This document shows positions 42,090 through 56,696 of a stretch of DNA of 64,000 bases, one piece after another. The position numbers were made by a program, and so were the translations under genes. Source of the stretch: Eledone cirrhosa (Eukaryota); assembly GCA_964016885.1 (NCBI GenBank), contig OZ024743.1:106330001-106394000 (forward strand). The letters run 5' to 3'. The notes under the pieces are model-generated. The model ran no database searches. It saw only the letters and a list, made by a program, of their open reading frames with translations, and had not been told where the DNA came from. Position 1 is the stretch's first letter, and each line of letters starts with the position of its first letter.

Positions 42090-42430
42090 TACTATACATC
42101 AGTATTCTATGGAGCCATGTGTATACAAACCGTAAATGGCCAACTGGCCGCAAATGAAAATTATGGGCGTATGACTCAAGACCACTTTCAACAGCGTCGC
42201 ATCATTTAACAACATATGAGGAGTACAACGGCACTAACCAACCGTGTATGGGAGCGTAAAAACAAGAACACCACACATGATAAAAGTGAGCATTATGGAG
42301 AATTTCAAACCCTACACTAAAATAACCAAACTATGTTCACTTTGTATTACTGTGAAATAAAAGAATATTGCTTGCTTTGAACTCTTCCGCCAAATATCTG
42401 AAACATAAACGCGAGGTAATCAGAAAATAT
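42090..42430 (+). mobile_element. Decayed PLE GIY-YIG fragment
   Basis: VFY.A…NY.RMTQDHFQQR…STTALTNRVWE.K…FKPYT..TKLCSLCI. Confidence 0.6.
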
Positions 42431-42481
42431 CCTACATATGATGTTAATATTTGATATATGCATGTATATGCCATTTGGTTA

Positions 42482-42580
<99 letters not shown>

Positions 42581-42637
42581 ATACTTTGGGAGGGTCATGT
42601 TGCCAATAAAGTATCTTGCTAAACAAATTCAGAAACG

Positions 42638-42692
<55 letters not shown>

Positions 42693-42779
42693 GGAGGTGA
42701 GTTTTATTGTAGTACAATAAAGTAATGCAGATCTCGGATAAGAAGCACTCTACAGTTTGTAGGACTGGAGTATACATAA

Positions 42780-43094
42780 TATATAAGAACAAAAGATGGT
42801 TAAAAGAGTTCCATGTATTTTATTATGCGCATTTCAAAAACAAATATCATCATGCAATAATATTTGTGTTTTCATCAGATAAAACAGGAAGACATGATAT
42901 GAAGGTTAAAAAACACTTGTGGATAGTGCAGTTGATATGTTGATTTAAAACTGCACTATCCACAAGTGTTTTTTAACCTTCATATCATGTCTTCCTGTTT
43001 TATCTGATGAAAACACAAATATTATTGCATGATGATATTTGTTTTTGAAATGCGCATAATAAAATTCATGGAACTCATTTAACCATCTTTTGTT

Positions 43095-43101
<7 letters not shown>
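42780..43101. mobile_element. ~320-bp near-perfect hairpin element with one intact HHR per strand
   Basis: Arms 42780-42933 and 42949-43101 are reverse complements around a ~15-nt loop. Confidence 0.9.
42998..43064 (+). ncRNA. Minimal type I hammerhead ribozyme (mirror at 42818-42884, minus strand)
   Basis: uuuuau-CUGAUGA-aaacacaaauau…auauuuguuuuu-GAAA-U GCGC A-UA-auaaaa. Confidence 0.85.
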
Positions 43102-43142
<41 letters not shown>

Positions 43143-44540
43143 GCAAACATTTATACCCGTCTTATAATTTGTCTGTACTGACCCACAAAACCCTGATATC
43201 ATAGATTTTACAAATAATTATTTTATAAAATATTCTTGACACAGTTCAGGTAGATAGATGCACAGAAGAATGTTGGCTCATTATCGTATAGAATCACTTT
43301 TCCTAATCTATATGTTCAGTTCTTTGATTTCCATATTTGCTTTTTAAAAAAAATACAACTTAATGTTTATTTCAAAATAAATCTCAATTGCCTTAGATAA
43401 CACAAATACATTATAATAATTAAATCCGCAAACCATAAAATTGGTAGAAATAATAAGTTAGTTTTTTAATGATTTCTATTAAATATAAAATTACAAATAC
43501 ATTACGTATTTAAACGTTAAAACTTGACTAGTATATTTAATTCATCAATTGATATCGAGTCAAAAAAATATACATCTAAACAGACGTAGAATAATAATTT
43601 GAAAGCTATATTTATTCAAACATGAACACAAAAATCAGGAAATAATTTTATTCGTAGAAGATGGATTGCACATAAGCAATCAAATATTATAACCAAGAAA
43701 TACATTTTTTTTAAATTATCATATCGTTTTTCTACATTGGTGTATGTACGTTTGTTTGCATATGTGTGATTGTGGACGATTGAATGTATGTGTTTGAAAG
43801 AGTAAAATAATGACAGCACACAACTCTGAAGTAAAAACACGGGGGAAGATATGGAGAAGGATATATATGATGAGGAGGGAAAATCTCCACCAAATCATTC
43901 GACATAATATCGATATTAAATAAAACAAACAACACTATAAAAGCAAATCATATAAAACAAACGCAAATATGTCATAATTGTAGTTTCGTTCAGTTTTGAT
44001 CGCACGCCAAGTAGCAACATCTTTGGCTATGCATACAATAATTTCTTGCTTGAATAGCACGAACACTCATAATCAACAATCTATAGGTCGCTGATTGGCA
44101 TTGGGTTTCAGTTCACTGCGATCTCTAATAATTGTTGTTTTCGCCACTGAACCATTCTTATAGATATTGATTCCCTTATATAAGCCACATATACGTATAT
44201 CAATATCGGAATTTCTGCAAAAGGCTTCATATGTATGAAATCTCTGTCGTTCATTTTTTGCATGACTAGGTTCTAAGTGTTTCTACCTAATGAGGGGACA
44301 CCAGCTATATTAAACATTCTGCTTTACAACTGAATTTCAAAAGACGAATATTAATAGAAAACGCAAATATTATTGAAACAATCACTCATATTATTTCGCA
44401 TATTCCGTTTGTTCAGAATTTGTGAAGATATCTTCTGAGAGATTTTATTATTTTATTGAAGAAACCAAAGAACATTTATAAAAATTCTAAAATAATTAAG
44501 TTCACAATCTTCCTGCAAATTATACAACTAACTTCTATGG

Positions 44541-44576
<36 letters not shown>

Positions 44577-44581
44577 GCATA

Positions 44582-47400
44582 GATCCAAGACCCCGACGAG
44601 TGATTCCGGGCTTTTCGACAGCTAGATCTAGCTAACCTCAGAGGATACAGACATCCTTAAGTCTGCATCATGCAACTTTACCCTATAACAAACAAGAGAT
44701 TTATAACAGCAGGGCAGTAAAACGACGCAATGAGACCAGATGCAGAAGGAAATGGAACAAAGAAGACGACAACGTCGCAAACAAGTGTCACGTTCTTGCA
44801 AAGCTGGGAATAGCACGTGGTGTGGATGAACGGTTGCTTCAGTATTGGAAAAGCGTTGAAATGAGTGAAATCTTTGATCAAATTGATAGGAGAGATAAGG
44901 AAAATTGAACGTAGTAATGGGCTCGTCGACAATGAATTAGTCGCCCTGGAAATTGTTGCACAAACCATGAATGCTAATATTGGTAACTTAGATGATGCAA
45001 ATGTGGAAAGTGGGAAACCAAGAGATTACAATGAAAATGAATCAACTGATAAGGAATTAGCATACGAAACAGTTATAAAGGGAAGATTATCGACCAAAAT
45101 ACAGGGAAGGAGTGGAAAAAAATCAAGTGTCTGAAGATATGGACGTTGCAAGTTTGAATGAAAATGAAAATGAAGTAGTGGAGGAAACAAGAATGATTAT
45201 CAAATAACTGTGAGGTTTCTTTAAAGATCCTAAATTCAATAAAACCGTGAAAACTTTGGAATATAGAAAGAGGTCATTTAGCAAGTGAAAAAAACTACCT
45301 AAACCAGGCAATGGTGTATAGAGAAGCTCATGATATCACCACTCGAGAAAATTAACTAATATAAGATCTCTGTTGGGTGCGAGATTATCGTCAAGCAAAA
45401 GTAAGAGGAAATGTAAGGAAATCTGGTGGCAGATAATTTTGGAAAGGGATATGATTGTGCACAAAAAGTATCTAGGTAGAATAGATGCATGATACGGAGG
45501 AACATAGAAAAGGCAAAGCAGGAGAGAAATGACACATAGAACTGAGGAGTGAAGTGAAGTTGAAAGGTTTGAATGTAGTAATGGAGGAAATGAAAGAGCG
45601 AATTAAGGCAAACTCTAATCGGGTTAAGTGCTATATAGTTAGATAAGGACAATACGAACATAAAATATTGTTCTCTGCAAATGATAATTGTTTTTAGAAC
45701 ACTCTTAGTTGGGGAGTGTTTTAGACATTGCACCTAATGATAAATAATCAACATACATTGATAACAGCTATGAGGGTTTTCGTGAGAGCATAACAAAATA
45801 CCAGAGGGATAAAAGATATTCATCATAAGCTATCTATTCAAACAAAACTGGGATGGGAACAAAGTTTCAAATGCCAACTCGAAATCTCCTGGAATAGACA
45901 TTGTACATTCAAGGCTAAGAAAGCATCGAAATGCTGGTGTGCTACAAGCTGAACTTCCAAGTTGGATGGCTGAAGGACAGACAACGTTGATAATGAAGCA
46001 AGCAAAGAAAGGTCTGTCAGTTGGAAATTACAGGCCGATTGCTTGCTTGAATACATTTTGGAAGCTGTTGGCTGGCAACTTTGCTGCAAAAGTGTATGAT
46101 CACTTGCTTCAGAATGAGATACTACTTATCGTGCACAAGGAGTGTAGGAAACATTCCCAAGGAATGAAATATCATCTTGATTTTGACAAGCCGATTATGA
46201 ATAACTTCAAAAGCTGTCGAGAGAAGATATGAATGGTGTGGATACATTTTAGGAAAACCCTTAAAGTGGTTCATCTATGGGCATCGAAAGATTTCTGAAT
46301 GTTTGGGATAGCAGACTAGGTCAGTAACAGATTTTAGCATGACTCTGTGGGAGACACATTTGTAAGCAGGAAATACCTAGGTGTGATTACTACAAAAAGA
46401 GGGATATTTCAAGGAAATTTCCTTTCACAGATGACATTTGTTACTGTGACGTTCCCATCATCATGGCGTTACGGGACACAGACAGCTATCAGGTGGAAAA
46501 GCGAAGATCTACAATCATTCACCTACTTTTCATGGATGATCAGAAGCTCTTTGGCAGGAATGTATTTCAGGATGATCCACTGGTCAAAGCTGTGGTGCAG
46601 GGATATTCGGATGGAGTTTGTTATGGTAGAATGTGCCTGACAAAGTGGTAGGCATTTACATAATGGTGATACTGAGTTACCAGGTGGAGAGGGTATTGGT
46701 TAGCCTGTGATAGTAGGAAAAAATAACTGGGTAATTTGAAGATTGACAAAGTTCTAACCCAGAAAAATGTGAAGGAAGTCGATCTAAATATATTAGAACC
46801 GCTACTGAAAACGAAATTGAATAGAAAGAAGTGTATTCTTAATTACTGCTATCAATGTATTAGTTACTAAATATAGTGCGGCGCTCTTGAATTGTAGCAA
46901 GGAAAATAATAGGGAGGTTGAATAGGCTAATCTGAAAGTAAATGTTGGACAATTGAGCGTTGCAGCCAAAGGCAAAGTCGTAAGGCTATGTACACCGAGC
47001 AGCATGAGCGTGACAAATTACGTGGCAGGTTCTTAGGTTCATATTTGACCACTAGTAAAAAAAGAACTTTTAAAGTTGTCGAAAGCGGAGCCCTATCCGT
47101 GAAACTATTGAAATAAAGAAAATTATAAACAGAGGCTACTGTCTGAGAAAATGAACACAAGATAGAGTATGGAATTATATGGATAATTTGAAAGGAAAAC
47201 AAAGGAAGTAATATTAGGATCTCCATGGAATTGGATGGAACAAATAAGTGTATCTTATGTGGGAAGAAGTTGGAAAGTGTGACATACGTCGGGAGTTTCT
47301 GTGATATTCTTGCACAGAAGGAATAATAAAGGCGTCACTATAGGTGGTGCTTACACCTCCATTGGTTCTTGTTCTAGAAATATTGATTGGCAATCAATGA
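44582..47400 (+). mobile_element. Decayed R4/Dong-like non-LTR retrotransposon
   Basis: PSWMAEGQTTLIMK…NYRPIACLNTFWKL, KRGIFQG, HLLFMDD.KL and a CCHC-like CILC…SVTY…C…RH..V..LHW. Confidence 0.8.
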
Positions 47401-47615
47401 AAAATTCCGACATGCACTCATAAAATTACATAAGCACACGTATAGCACACACACTCACACACATAGGCACATTTTAAATCTATTAGAACAAACGTTCTCT
47501 TCATTTGTGAACATAACGCAACTCTCCAATGTAGGAGAGATAGTGAGACAGAGAGCGCAGAAAGGAGAAAGAGGTGTACAAGAAAATTTGACACTCTATC
47601 TATATGTCACTCTCA

Positions 47616-47649
<34 letters not shown>

Positions 47650-49015
47650 GGATACATAAAAAGACCACGATGTATGGCATCAAAAGAATATACACGGAAT
47701 TGTCACGTCTCTACAATTAAAGAAATCTTTGTAAGTAGAATAAATCTTCTTCGATCAGAATGATAGCATTATACTTTAGGTGTAGAACGTTTTGAACGTA
47801 ATATTTAAATTGTTTTCAATGTTGACTGATCAGATAATAGAAACCACCCCATCACCCGCTGGTTTTTTATATATTTAGATTTCGATGTATGAAATACCCA
47901 ACATTAGTAGTTGAATTATTAGAGAACGATGAACAATTTAACATATAATTTACATGTACATTTTGTAGTCGTACTTATTTAAACTATCTAAATTAATGGG
48001 AAGATTTCTGGAGAGTGTAGTAGGTTAAACAAATAGAAAAATAAAACCAAGTGAAAAAACAAATAATATCTGTTGTGGTTAGGTTACGAATTTAATGATC
48101 TTGTAAGAACTGTTTAATTAAACCGCTGTAATATAGATGATCGATAAGCTGGCTACAATAGCTTTATGTGTGGGTGGAATCAGAAGAATATGAAGAATTT
48201 TGAAAAAAGAGCAATAGTAAAAGAGAGAATAACAAAAATGAACTAAAATAAAATACATAAGTATGCAACGAAACAAATATCAAGCATAACAATACAAAAT
48301 ATTGCCAAAAAAATTGAATGAAGACAGAGATACGAAAATAGAAGTAAAGTGAATGTATTTTGCTTTTAGATTGATTTTTGATAATTGTAAATCTAAAATT
48401 GAAAATTATAATATGTATGCATGTATGCTAGAATGAGACTGAGAATGAAAAGAAAGACAGAAAGTAAGAACATGTGAGAGAGTGATGGAGGGGAGAATTT
48501 AGTAAAATATAAAACTATATCCAAAAATGGAAATAAAATACAGATGAGGCTCGGATGAAGCAAAATATGGTAATATGTTTGTTTCTTTAGGCGATGTTTA
48601 AGCATGATCAGTGATAATAGAAATATAAATAATTAGAAAAAGAGAGCCGAGCAATACTGATAATATATAGAGACAAATGAGAAACGTTTAGATTCCAAAA
48701 ATAATGAAGTTACGAGCATATCAAAAAAAGGTTCGCGATTAATGAAGCTACTGCTACATAAAATAAAGTTGCTAATGGGTTGAATGAAGCGAATAGTTGT
48801 AGTAAAATTAGTTGGATTAGAAAAAGCAGAAGATAGGCCGGACTGTGGGAATTATAATGCCTGTCTAAAAACAGAATGATTGCAGAAGAAAACTAAATAA
48901 ATACAATAAACCGTGTGTGCCATTTATAAGAGAGTTTGGTATATCGTAACAATTGGTGAGTAGATTGTAGATACCAAGAACCAAGAACACACATACATAC
49001 GCATACATATATATT

Positions 49016-49071
<56 letters not shown>

Positions 49072-49078
49072 CATATAA

Positions 49079-49162
<84 letters not shown>

Positions 49163-49166
<4 letters not shown>

Positions 49167-50101
49167 AAAGGATAACAAGGACGATTGGTTACTCCTTCGT
49201 TACATTTATTGGTATGTGACGCGCGTTTCGCCCCTGACAACTTCAAGGTTCGATCTGTATCGATCCTACCCGACTCAAAGATTGGCAGCTCGACGGACCC
49301 TTTACAATGCTATAAGAAAATGAAATACTACGCCACCATCACCGATACTCCCCCACTATCTCTATATATATCCACACGCGCGCATGCACATACATGTTTG
49401 TATATATGCATATAGATATATATATGTGTGGATCTATGTGGGCGTGTGTATGTGTGTGTATATAAGTTTGTACGTGTGTATATATATCAGTATATATGCG
49501 CATGTATATATACATATACAACGTATTTGTCAGACAAAGAGTGTCTAGGTATGTATATCCCCATGGACTCGACACCACCAACACTTCCACCACACCACCA
49601 CAAACGCCACTACCATAAACAACAACACGACAACCACGCCCCACACACGCCAACCCATCTACCGACAACCCACTACCTCCAAACCACATCCCATCCCAGT
49701 CAGCGACCGTCACCACCATCTTATCATCACATCCACCCCTACATACACTACAGGCCAAAGCCAATCCGCCATACCACACCACAGCCCATCGCAGCCAGCG
49801 ACCGTCACCAACATCTTATCATCACATCCACTCCCACATACACTACAGGCCATTAAATCCCTTTGATCCTTCTCACCAATCAAAACAACTCATATTTTCA
49901 AACTCTTGAACTTCTGTCTTTACCACATAGCATGTATTTAATTTTCTTATAGCATTTTAAAGGGTCCGTCGAGCTGCCGATCATTGAGTCGGGTAGGATC
50001 GATACAGATTGAACCTTGAGCTGATCAGTGGCGAAACGCGCGTCACCTACCAATATATGTAATGAAGGGGTAACGAATCGTCTTTGTTATCCTTTCAATA
50101 T
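49163..50101. mobile_element. Fold-back element: arms 49163-49327 and 49934-50101, CA-rich body, HHR-like 3' half
   Basis: Reverse-complementary arms; GAAAC-GCGC-GUC at 50033-50044; ~57-bp duplication at 49701 and 49796. Confidence 0.8.
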
Positions 50102-50199
50102 ATTACACTCTGTATAGCTCTACACCTCATCACAGAAGTGAACCTAAGCATCTGGTGCTAACCAGGGTGAACCTGCAGTAACTCCAAGTTACACCCCCT

Positions 50200-50278
<79 letters not shown>

Positions 50279-50459
50279 GGGAAGTAAGGATTCTATGCAA
50301 AACAGGGGATATAGAGAAAAGATGAAATTGGAAATAGCAGGGGAAATATATTTAAGGGTCTGTTTTTCTTTTTTGATTCGTCAAAGTGACATTATTGAAA
50401 CGATAATGTTATTAAAAAATGACACTGGCCAGTCAATTTCCTGTATACGAGCGTATTCA

Positions 50460-50575
50460 GGAAACTGATTGGCCAGTCTGCTAATATGCAAATCTGGATG
50501 ATCAGTGGATCTGCTAATATGCAGATCTGACTGATCAGCCAGTCTGTTAATATGCAAATCAGGCCGATCTGTCAC
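50460..50575. repeat. ~33-bp tandem repeat with octamer-like ATGCAAAT
   Basis: Three units of tctg(c/t)taatatgca(a/g)atc. Confidence 0.7.
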
Positions 50576-51299
50576 TGTCTACTTTTGAAAATAGCATATA
50601 TTTTCACTAGCTCTGACAGTTTGGCAGGTGAACAAAAATTACCGAAGAATGGTGATACCTAGAAACATAATTGCAAACGAATAGAATGTTATTATTAATA
50701 TTCGAAAAACTCAGATTACATTTATTGTATTCAGCCATGTAGAGGGAAATTTTCTTATATATATATATATATATACATATAATAACTAGAAATTGATTAA
50801 CATATATATAAACATGAATAATCACAGGAGATAATTTTACAAGTGTGTACCACACATAGCTAGGTAGGTAACTAAATAAAGTTGACCAGAACTTCAAAAA
50901 TAGATACCTTATAATATGATTAATCTTCCCTGTATATATTCCATTAAAGAAATATATTTCACCAATTAATCGGATGGTAAACCACGGAAGTGGTGACTTG
51001 GATTTTCAACAAGGAAGAAGTTCCAGCAATCCGTGCTTACACCTCAAGTTCAAACCTGCGACTGGCCATCACCACGTGTTGTATTTACTAGAAATACACA
51101 CATCATAGTAGCTTCGTCCCGTTCTTAATTTTGTATATATATATATATATATATAGAAAGATTTGAATGGATACAGTTTAGTTGAAAGGAATTTATTGAC
51201 ACGTGTTTCTATAACAGTTACATAACCTAAAACAGCTATCTACAAACTTTTAGTTATGCAGACATTCAATATTTCAATGTTATTATTTACTGTCATTTC

Positions 51300-51349
<50 letters not shown>

Positions 51350-51714
51350 AAACATTATTTAAATGTTTAATGTTGCGAAAACCATATACGTATTTCAATG
51401 ACCTAGTTACATCATCCGATCATGATAAAAGACCCAGGCGATTTCACCAGGTGTGTAATGCAAAATTAGTTATATAAGATAACAGAATTACGGCGTACAC
51501 AAATAGAGAATAGAGAAGAGTTTTGATCCGGTGATGGTTGGACAATTCACTGCTATTGTAACGGTAAACCATGCCCTACGTTCCTGCATCATCCACGGGT
51601 TGCCACATCTTTCAAAGGATAATTTGCATGAGGTCAAATGCTTCAATATTTTGCATAATGGCTGAATCACCAGAATAATCAGTTCTAGCCATTGTAAACC
51701 ACACAACATAAATA

Positions 51715-51799
<85 letters not shown>

Positions 51800-52394
51800 T
51801 GGCAAAATTAGATCTTAATTCATTTTTATTTCCTTAAAACAAGAGTGCTGGACATCAAATTATTTGAATAATGTCAGGTGAAAATTTGCATAATCAATAT
51901 TTATACATAGATAGTGGTATACACCTAAATGTTTGCACTATTCTCTCTATCGAGTAATAGAAAAAACATATTAAATAGACGCATAATGTGTCCTGAATAT
52001 TATTCGTACCTTACATATCGATCCATACGCAGGGCAAATGCAACAATTTTGAAACTGATGTTTTTTTAACATTTCTCTTACAACGCTATTTATCTAGTGT
52101 TCCCCAAAAAATATATTCAAAAACAAAAAGAACATTTTTTCACGAATGGATTCAAAACCATAATTAAAGGGAAATAATTCTTCAAAATTCTATATGATTT
52201 TTAGACATATATTCTAAAAACTTAAATAAACAGCATTTATCATCTGATATGTACGTATATATATATAGATGTACGTATTTACATACACATAAATATATAT
52301 ATATACTTGTATAGGCTCATTTACACATCTTCATATATACATATACCAATATATATATTTATACACATGTAAATATTATTATTTATACACACAC

Positions 52395-52570
52395 AGTATC
52401 GGTGGAGGGTCGGACGCCATGCTTTCCAGCATAGTTACGTCCCTTTACGATCTGAGTTCAAATCCCGCCGAGGTTGACTTTGCCTTTCATCCTTACGGGG
52501 TCGATAAAATAAAGTACCAGTAATGTACTGGGTATTTGCTGGCCTTGTGCCAAAAGTATAAACAATTATT
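52395..52570 (+). mobile_element. tRNA-like SINE
   Basis: Near-identical to 5395-5568; a 3' remnant also occurs at 54390-54448. Confidence 0.85.
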
Positions 52571-53339
52571 TATACACACATATATAAACGTATATGTACG
52601 TATATGGACTCATTTGGTTGTCTATATAGATGCACGCACTTGGATGTCTATACAGATGTACACTGTGGCATTAAGAGTTTTAGTATTAGGTATATATCAC
52701 TCATACATGCACAGCTATACCTGATAGTATATAACTACATACCAACCTATACAAGTATATACCCATATATATGATAGCATACAACTATAATTGATGGTAT
52801 GTAACCGACACTTCTAGTCAAAATTAGGTCAATGCGTTTACATATGCTATAGGCCAGAAGAAATCAATGGAGATTTCTCACGGAAAAAGGTTGAAAAGGC
52901 AGACATAATCTTAGAGCAAATATGCATACTTATATTCATATTATACACATACTAATTATCCTAGAATAGAATAATCCAGCCATCTATCAAACGGTATAAG
53001 CATATAGGCATACTGTTGCATGCATAAATATATATCTACGTATTCATATATCTGGATTAATATATATGTACATATATACACGCAATATATGCACATACCA
53101 ACAAATACACATACATTCGCTTATATATATTCAAACACATCCAAGGTAACATAATATATATATATATATATATATATGCATCCCCAATCTTGTACAAAAT
53201 ATATTTAATAAAAAAAAAACCGAACGAGAGCCACCACTAGGTGGGACGATGTACCTTTTTATAGAACCAATAAGATAGGCGACTTGGACAATTAATTACT
53301 AATTAAATCCTACTATTCAAGTAATTTGGTATCGACATT

Positions 53340-54240
53340 GTGACAAAATATACCCACAAAAGACGTAATCGACATAACCCTCTATTGTCGTTATATGGAA
53401 TAGATTACTCCCATATATCCCATTGGAGTTTATTTCTAGTTTTAGATTCAATTAGGCTAGACATTCACTTTGCTAATGCAGTAATATTCTTAAGCTTATT
53501 TATTTAAACGAGTGAAGATGGTAATTATACCTGGTTTTAATGGATTCGAAGTGGTTCCAATATATAAACTAGTAAAGTGTTGTGTTCTTCCAGTACATTC
53601 ATATACTATATTATTTCATAGGCACAATCCGTTGACGGAACAATTAGTTAGATGTCTAAAATTACTGTCCAAATTAGAGAAAGAAGTAGAAATTTCGGAA
53701 GGATTTGAGATATTCTAATTGATGGTCCCTATTTGGTTCAGTGTTCTAAGTATAATTTATGTTAGTGGAATTTTTATTAAGTAGATTATGTTTAAATGTA
53801 TTAATGTTTTTTGTAGATATATTTAGAAAGTTTGTGGTCATTGCTGAATGATATATGATAAGATAAGTCAGGTGTATTTTTATTCATTCCCTTATGGTAT
53901 TTGTGACCAGGTGGAAAATTATTATCCAGAATACTAAAGAATTTTTGACTATACTAGAAGCCACATTGAGACCATATGGTTGATTAAACCACGGATTGTT
54001 TCGTCTACGCCATTTAGCCTATCTACTGGATCTAATATCATACTCATTATGGAGAGATTTATAGGAAGTTTATTGGCTATTATGTTAAGTTTAACCTCTC
54101 CCGAGTAAGATTGTCTATCATTATTTCTTTGAGCTTTAACTTGATATTTATGATTATTATTTATATGTATGTGAAACTACTTGCTATGAGTAGATAGTAA
54201 GCCTGAATATGATCTTATTATTTAACTTGGTAATAGTAGT
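53340..54240 (-). mobile_element. Decayed Hydra-like PLE thumb and EN fragment
   Basis: Minus frames: WFN.PYGLNVAS, LDNNFPPGHKYHK, KLQWDIW…PYN…CRL. Confidence 0.65.
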
Positions 54241-54575
54241 TTTTTTAACTTTATTCGCAGATAAAGATTCGAGGGCATTCCGTGAATTTTTTATAGTTGT
54301 AGATTTCCTGATTTTTTCATTATTACCTACACTTTTACTACCAATTTCATACATATTACTACTACGATTACTAATATATTAGCATTATTAAAGTACCAGT
54401 AATGCATTGGGTAGTTCCTGGCCTTGTGCCAAAACTAGAAACAATTATTAATGAAATGTTTAGAAATTCAATTTTTGATGTAAAATATCTTACTAATATA
54501 CGGTGATCTAGACAATGCTTCATTGTAATACCATGAAGTGACATTAAAGATATCTTCATTATTTAGTTGTACATG

Positions 54576-54614
<39 letters not shown>

Positions 54615-54618
<4 letters not shown>

Positions 54619-56656
54619 AACGAGTATGATCCCGACGGCTGAGCTCAAGCCGTTTCGACGGCTAATTCTGGACTAAATGAAAATGTTTATCCTGGTATAT
54701 GAATAGCCGAGCTTCTCAGGGGGTAATTCCATATATGGTAAAAGTGATTGTCACAAGGATTGGTCAAAATTTTGTTGTTGAGACGCATAATTCTATCATG
54801 GCAATTTGTGGACGGAAGGGGTAGCTGAACCTGCCAGTAGAAGAAAGAGGGAGAGGGGGTGGAGGAAACCCAGTCGTGCGTTGATAGTGCCAACTACAGC
54901 TGGGCAGGAGGTCAAAAACGTATACTAGAGAGGGGGAGGGGCAGGAAGTCGAAACAATAAGTAAAACAATATGGGGTAAATATATAGAAAAAAACCGACA
55001 ATGTTAAAAAACAATTAAATGTAAAAAAAAAAAATTTCTGGTTACTATTCCCTAACGACAGCCATCAAGTCTCTCACTGGTACTGCTAGACTATAGAAAA
55101 GTTTCCTAGGTGGGACGGAATTATAATGAGACCCTTTTAAGAGGTAGTAGTAATCAATCGAGTATATCTTACTGTGACGGGTCAACAAGTGGGGGGCCAA
55201 AATACTAAAGAAACTACCACGAAATAATAATTCAGAGTCCTGAGACCAATACGAAATAAAGGTTTCTACCCCAGGCACAGGGCCAGCAACCACCCAGTGC
55301 AAAAAAAAAACTGATACGAAATAATAATTCAGAATCCGGAAAAAGAATACTAATATTATCTCTAAGGGTACCGCTACGATACAAACATTCTAGTGCAAAC
55401 TACATAAATGCTCGTACGTAGTATATGAAAAATTTGATACGGAAAATTAATTCAGAATCCTCCCCCTCCCCTCTCCCCCCAAAAAATAAATAAATACTGA
55501 TATACGAGAAATTAAAGCAAAGATACCACTAAGAAATATAGAAAGCACGGAAAAGGGCAGCCATCGGATAAGAAGGCAAGTATCCGGGGTCTCACACATT
55601 TGCTATAAAAGGCGGATCGGCCAATTCTATCATAGAATAGGGGAAGGGGGTGGGGGTACTGAGGCTACAAAGAACCGAGGGGCTGCCTCGGGTGGGCGAA
55701 AAAGTGAAAAGGACGACGACAAAGAAAGAGGACTGGGGTGGAAGGACTAAAAATATATAAAAGAAGAGCTTACGTCTACATTTGCAAGCAGGCGTTACCC
55801 ATTACAAAATCAGCCAACACTTACACGGAAGGACGCCGTCCGTGCAATTTATGCTCGGAGGAAACTTTACAAATGCTGTTTTCGACGCACCAACTCCTAA
55901 ACAAGGAAGACGAACTGGTAACTGCATGTAAACACAGATTGCGTAGGACTTACCTCGCCCTCAAAACCCTTAATGAACCGGGGGTATATACTAGGGCTAT
56001 AACACCCCACTTGCCCGTCACCGTAAGATATACTCGGTTGATTACTTATAACTCTTAAAAGGGTCTCATTATAATTCAGTCCCACCTAGTAAATCTTTCT
56101 TTAGTCTAGCAGTACCAGTGAGAGACTTGATAGCTGTCCTTAGGTTATAGTAACCAGACATTTTTTTTTTACATTTAATTGTTTTTTTAACATTCTCGGT
56201 TTTTTTTCTATATATTTACACCCTATTGTTTTACTTATTGTTTCGACTTCCTCTCCCTCCCCCTCCCTAGTATACTTCTTTGACCTCCTGCCCAGCTGTA
56301 GTTGGCACTATCAACGCACGACTGGGTTTCCTCCACCCCCTCTCCCTCTTTCTTCTACTGGCAGGTTGAGCTACCCCCTCCGTCCACAAATTGCCATGAT
56401 AGAATTATGTGTCTCAACAACAAACTTTTGACCAATCCTTGTGACAATCATTTTACCATATATGGAATTACCCCCTGAGAAGCTCGGCTATTCATATACC
56501 AGGATAAAAATGTTCATTTAGTCCAGAATTAGCCGTCGAAACGGCTTGAGCTCAGCCGTCGGGGTCCTACTCGTTCCTATTACCCACTCTACTACCCTAA
56601 GTATTGAGTACTTTGGTGCGTTATGGTCCACCTGGTTCCTTACGACATTTCCTTCG

Positions 56657-56659
<3 letters not shown>
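54615..56659. mobile_element. 2-kb fold-back copy of the 1-1870 PLE family: arms 54615-55182 and 56014-56580
   Basis: Reverse-complementary arms. About 55400-55815 matches 1-441. 55815-56000 encodes ANTYT.GRRPCNLCSEE… HHRs at 54629-54724 (-) and 56470-56565 (+). Confidence 0.92.
56470..56565 (+). ncRNA. Type I HHR motif with CUGAGAA core
   Basis: acccc-CUGAGAA-gcucggcua…uagccguc-GAAAC-ggcu ugagcuc agcc-GUC-ggggu. Confidence 0.7.

Positions 56660-56692
<33 letters not shown>

Positions 56693-56696
<4 letters not shown>

Noticed and set aside
51195-51250. GAAAC-ACGU-GUC HHR half on the minus strand
   Set aside because: The 5' core (UUGUAGA) and stem I are too degenerate to call.
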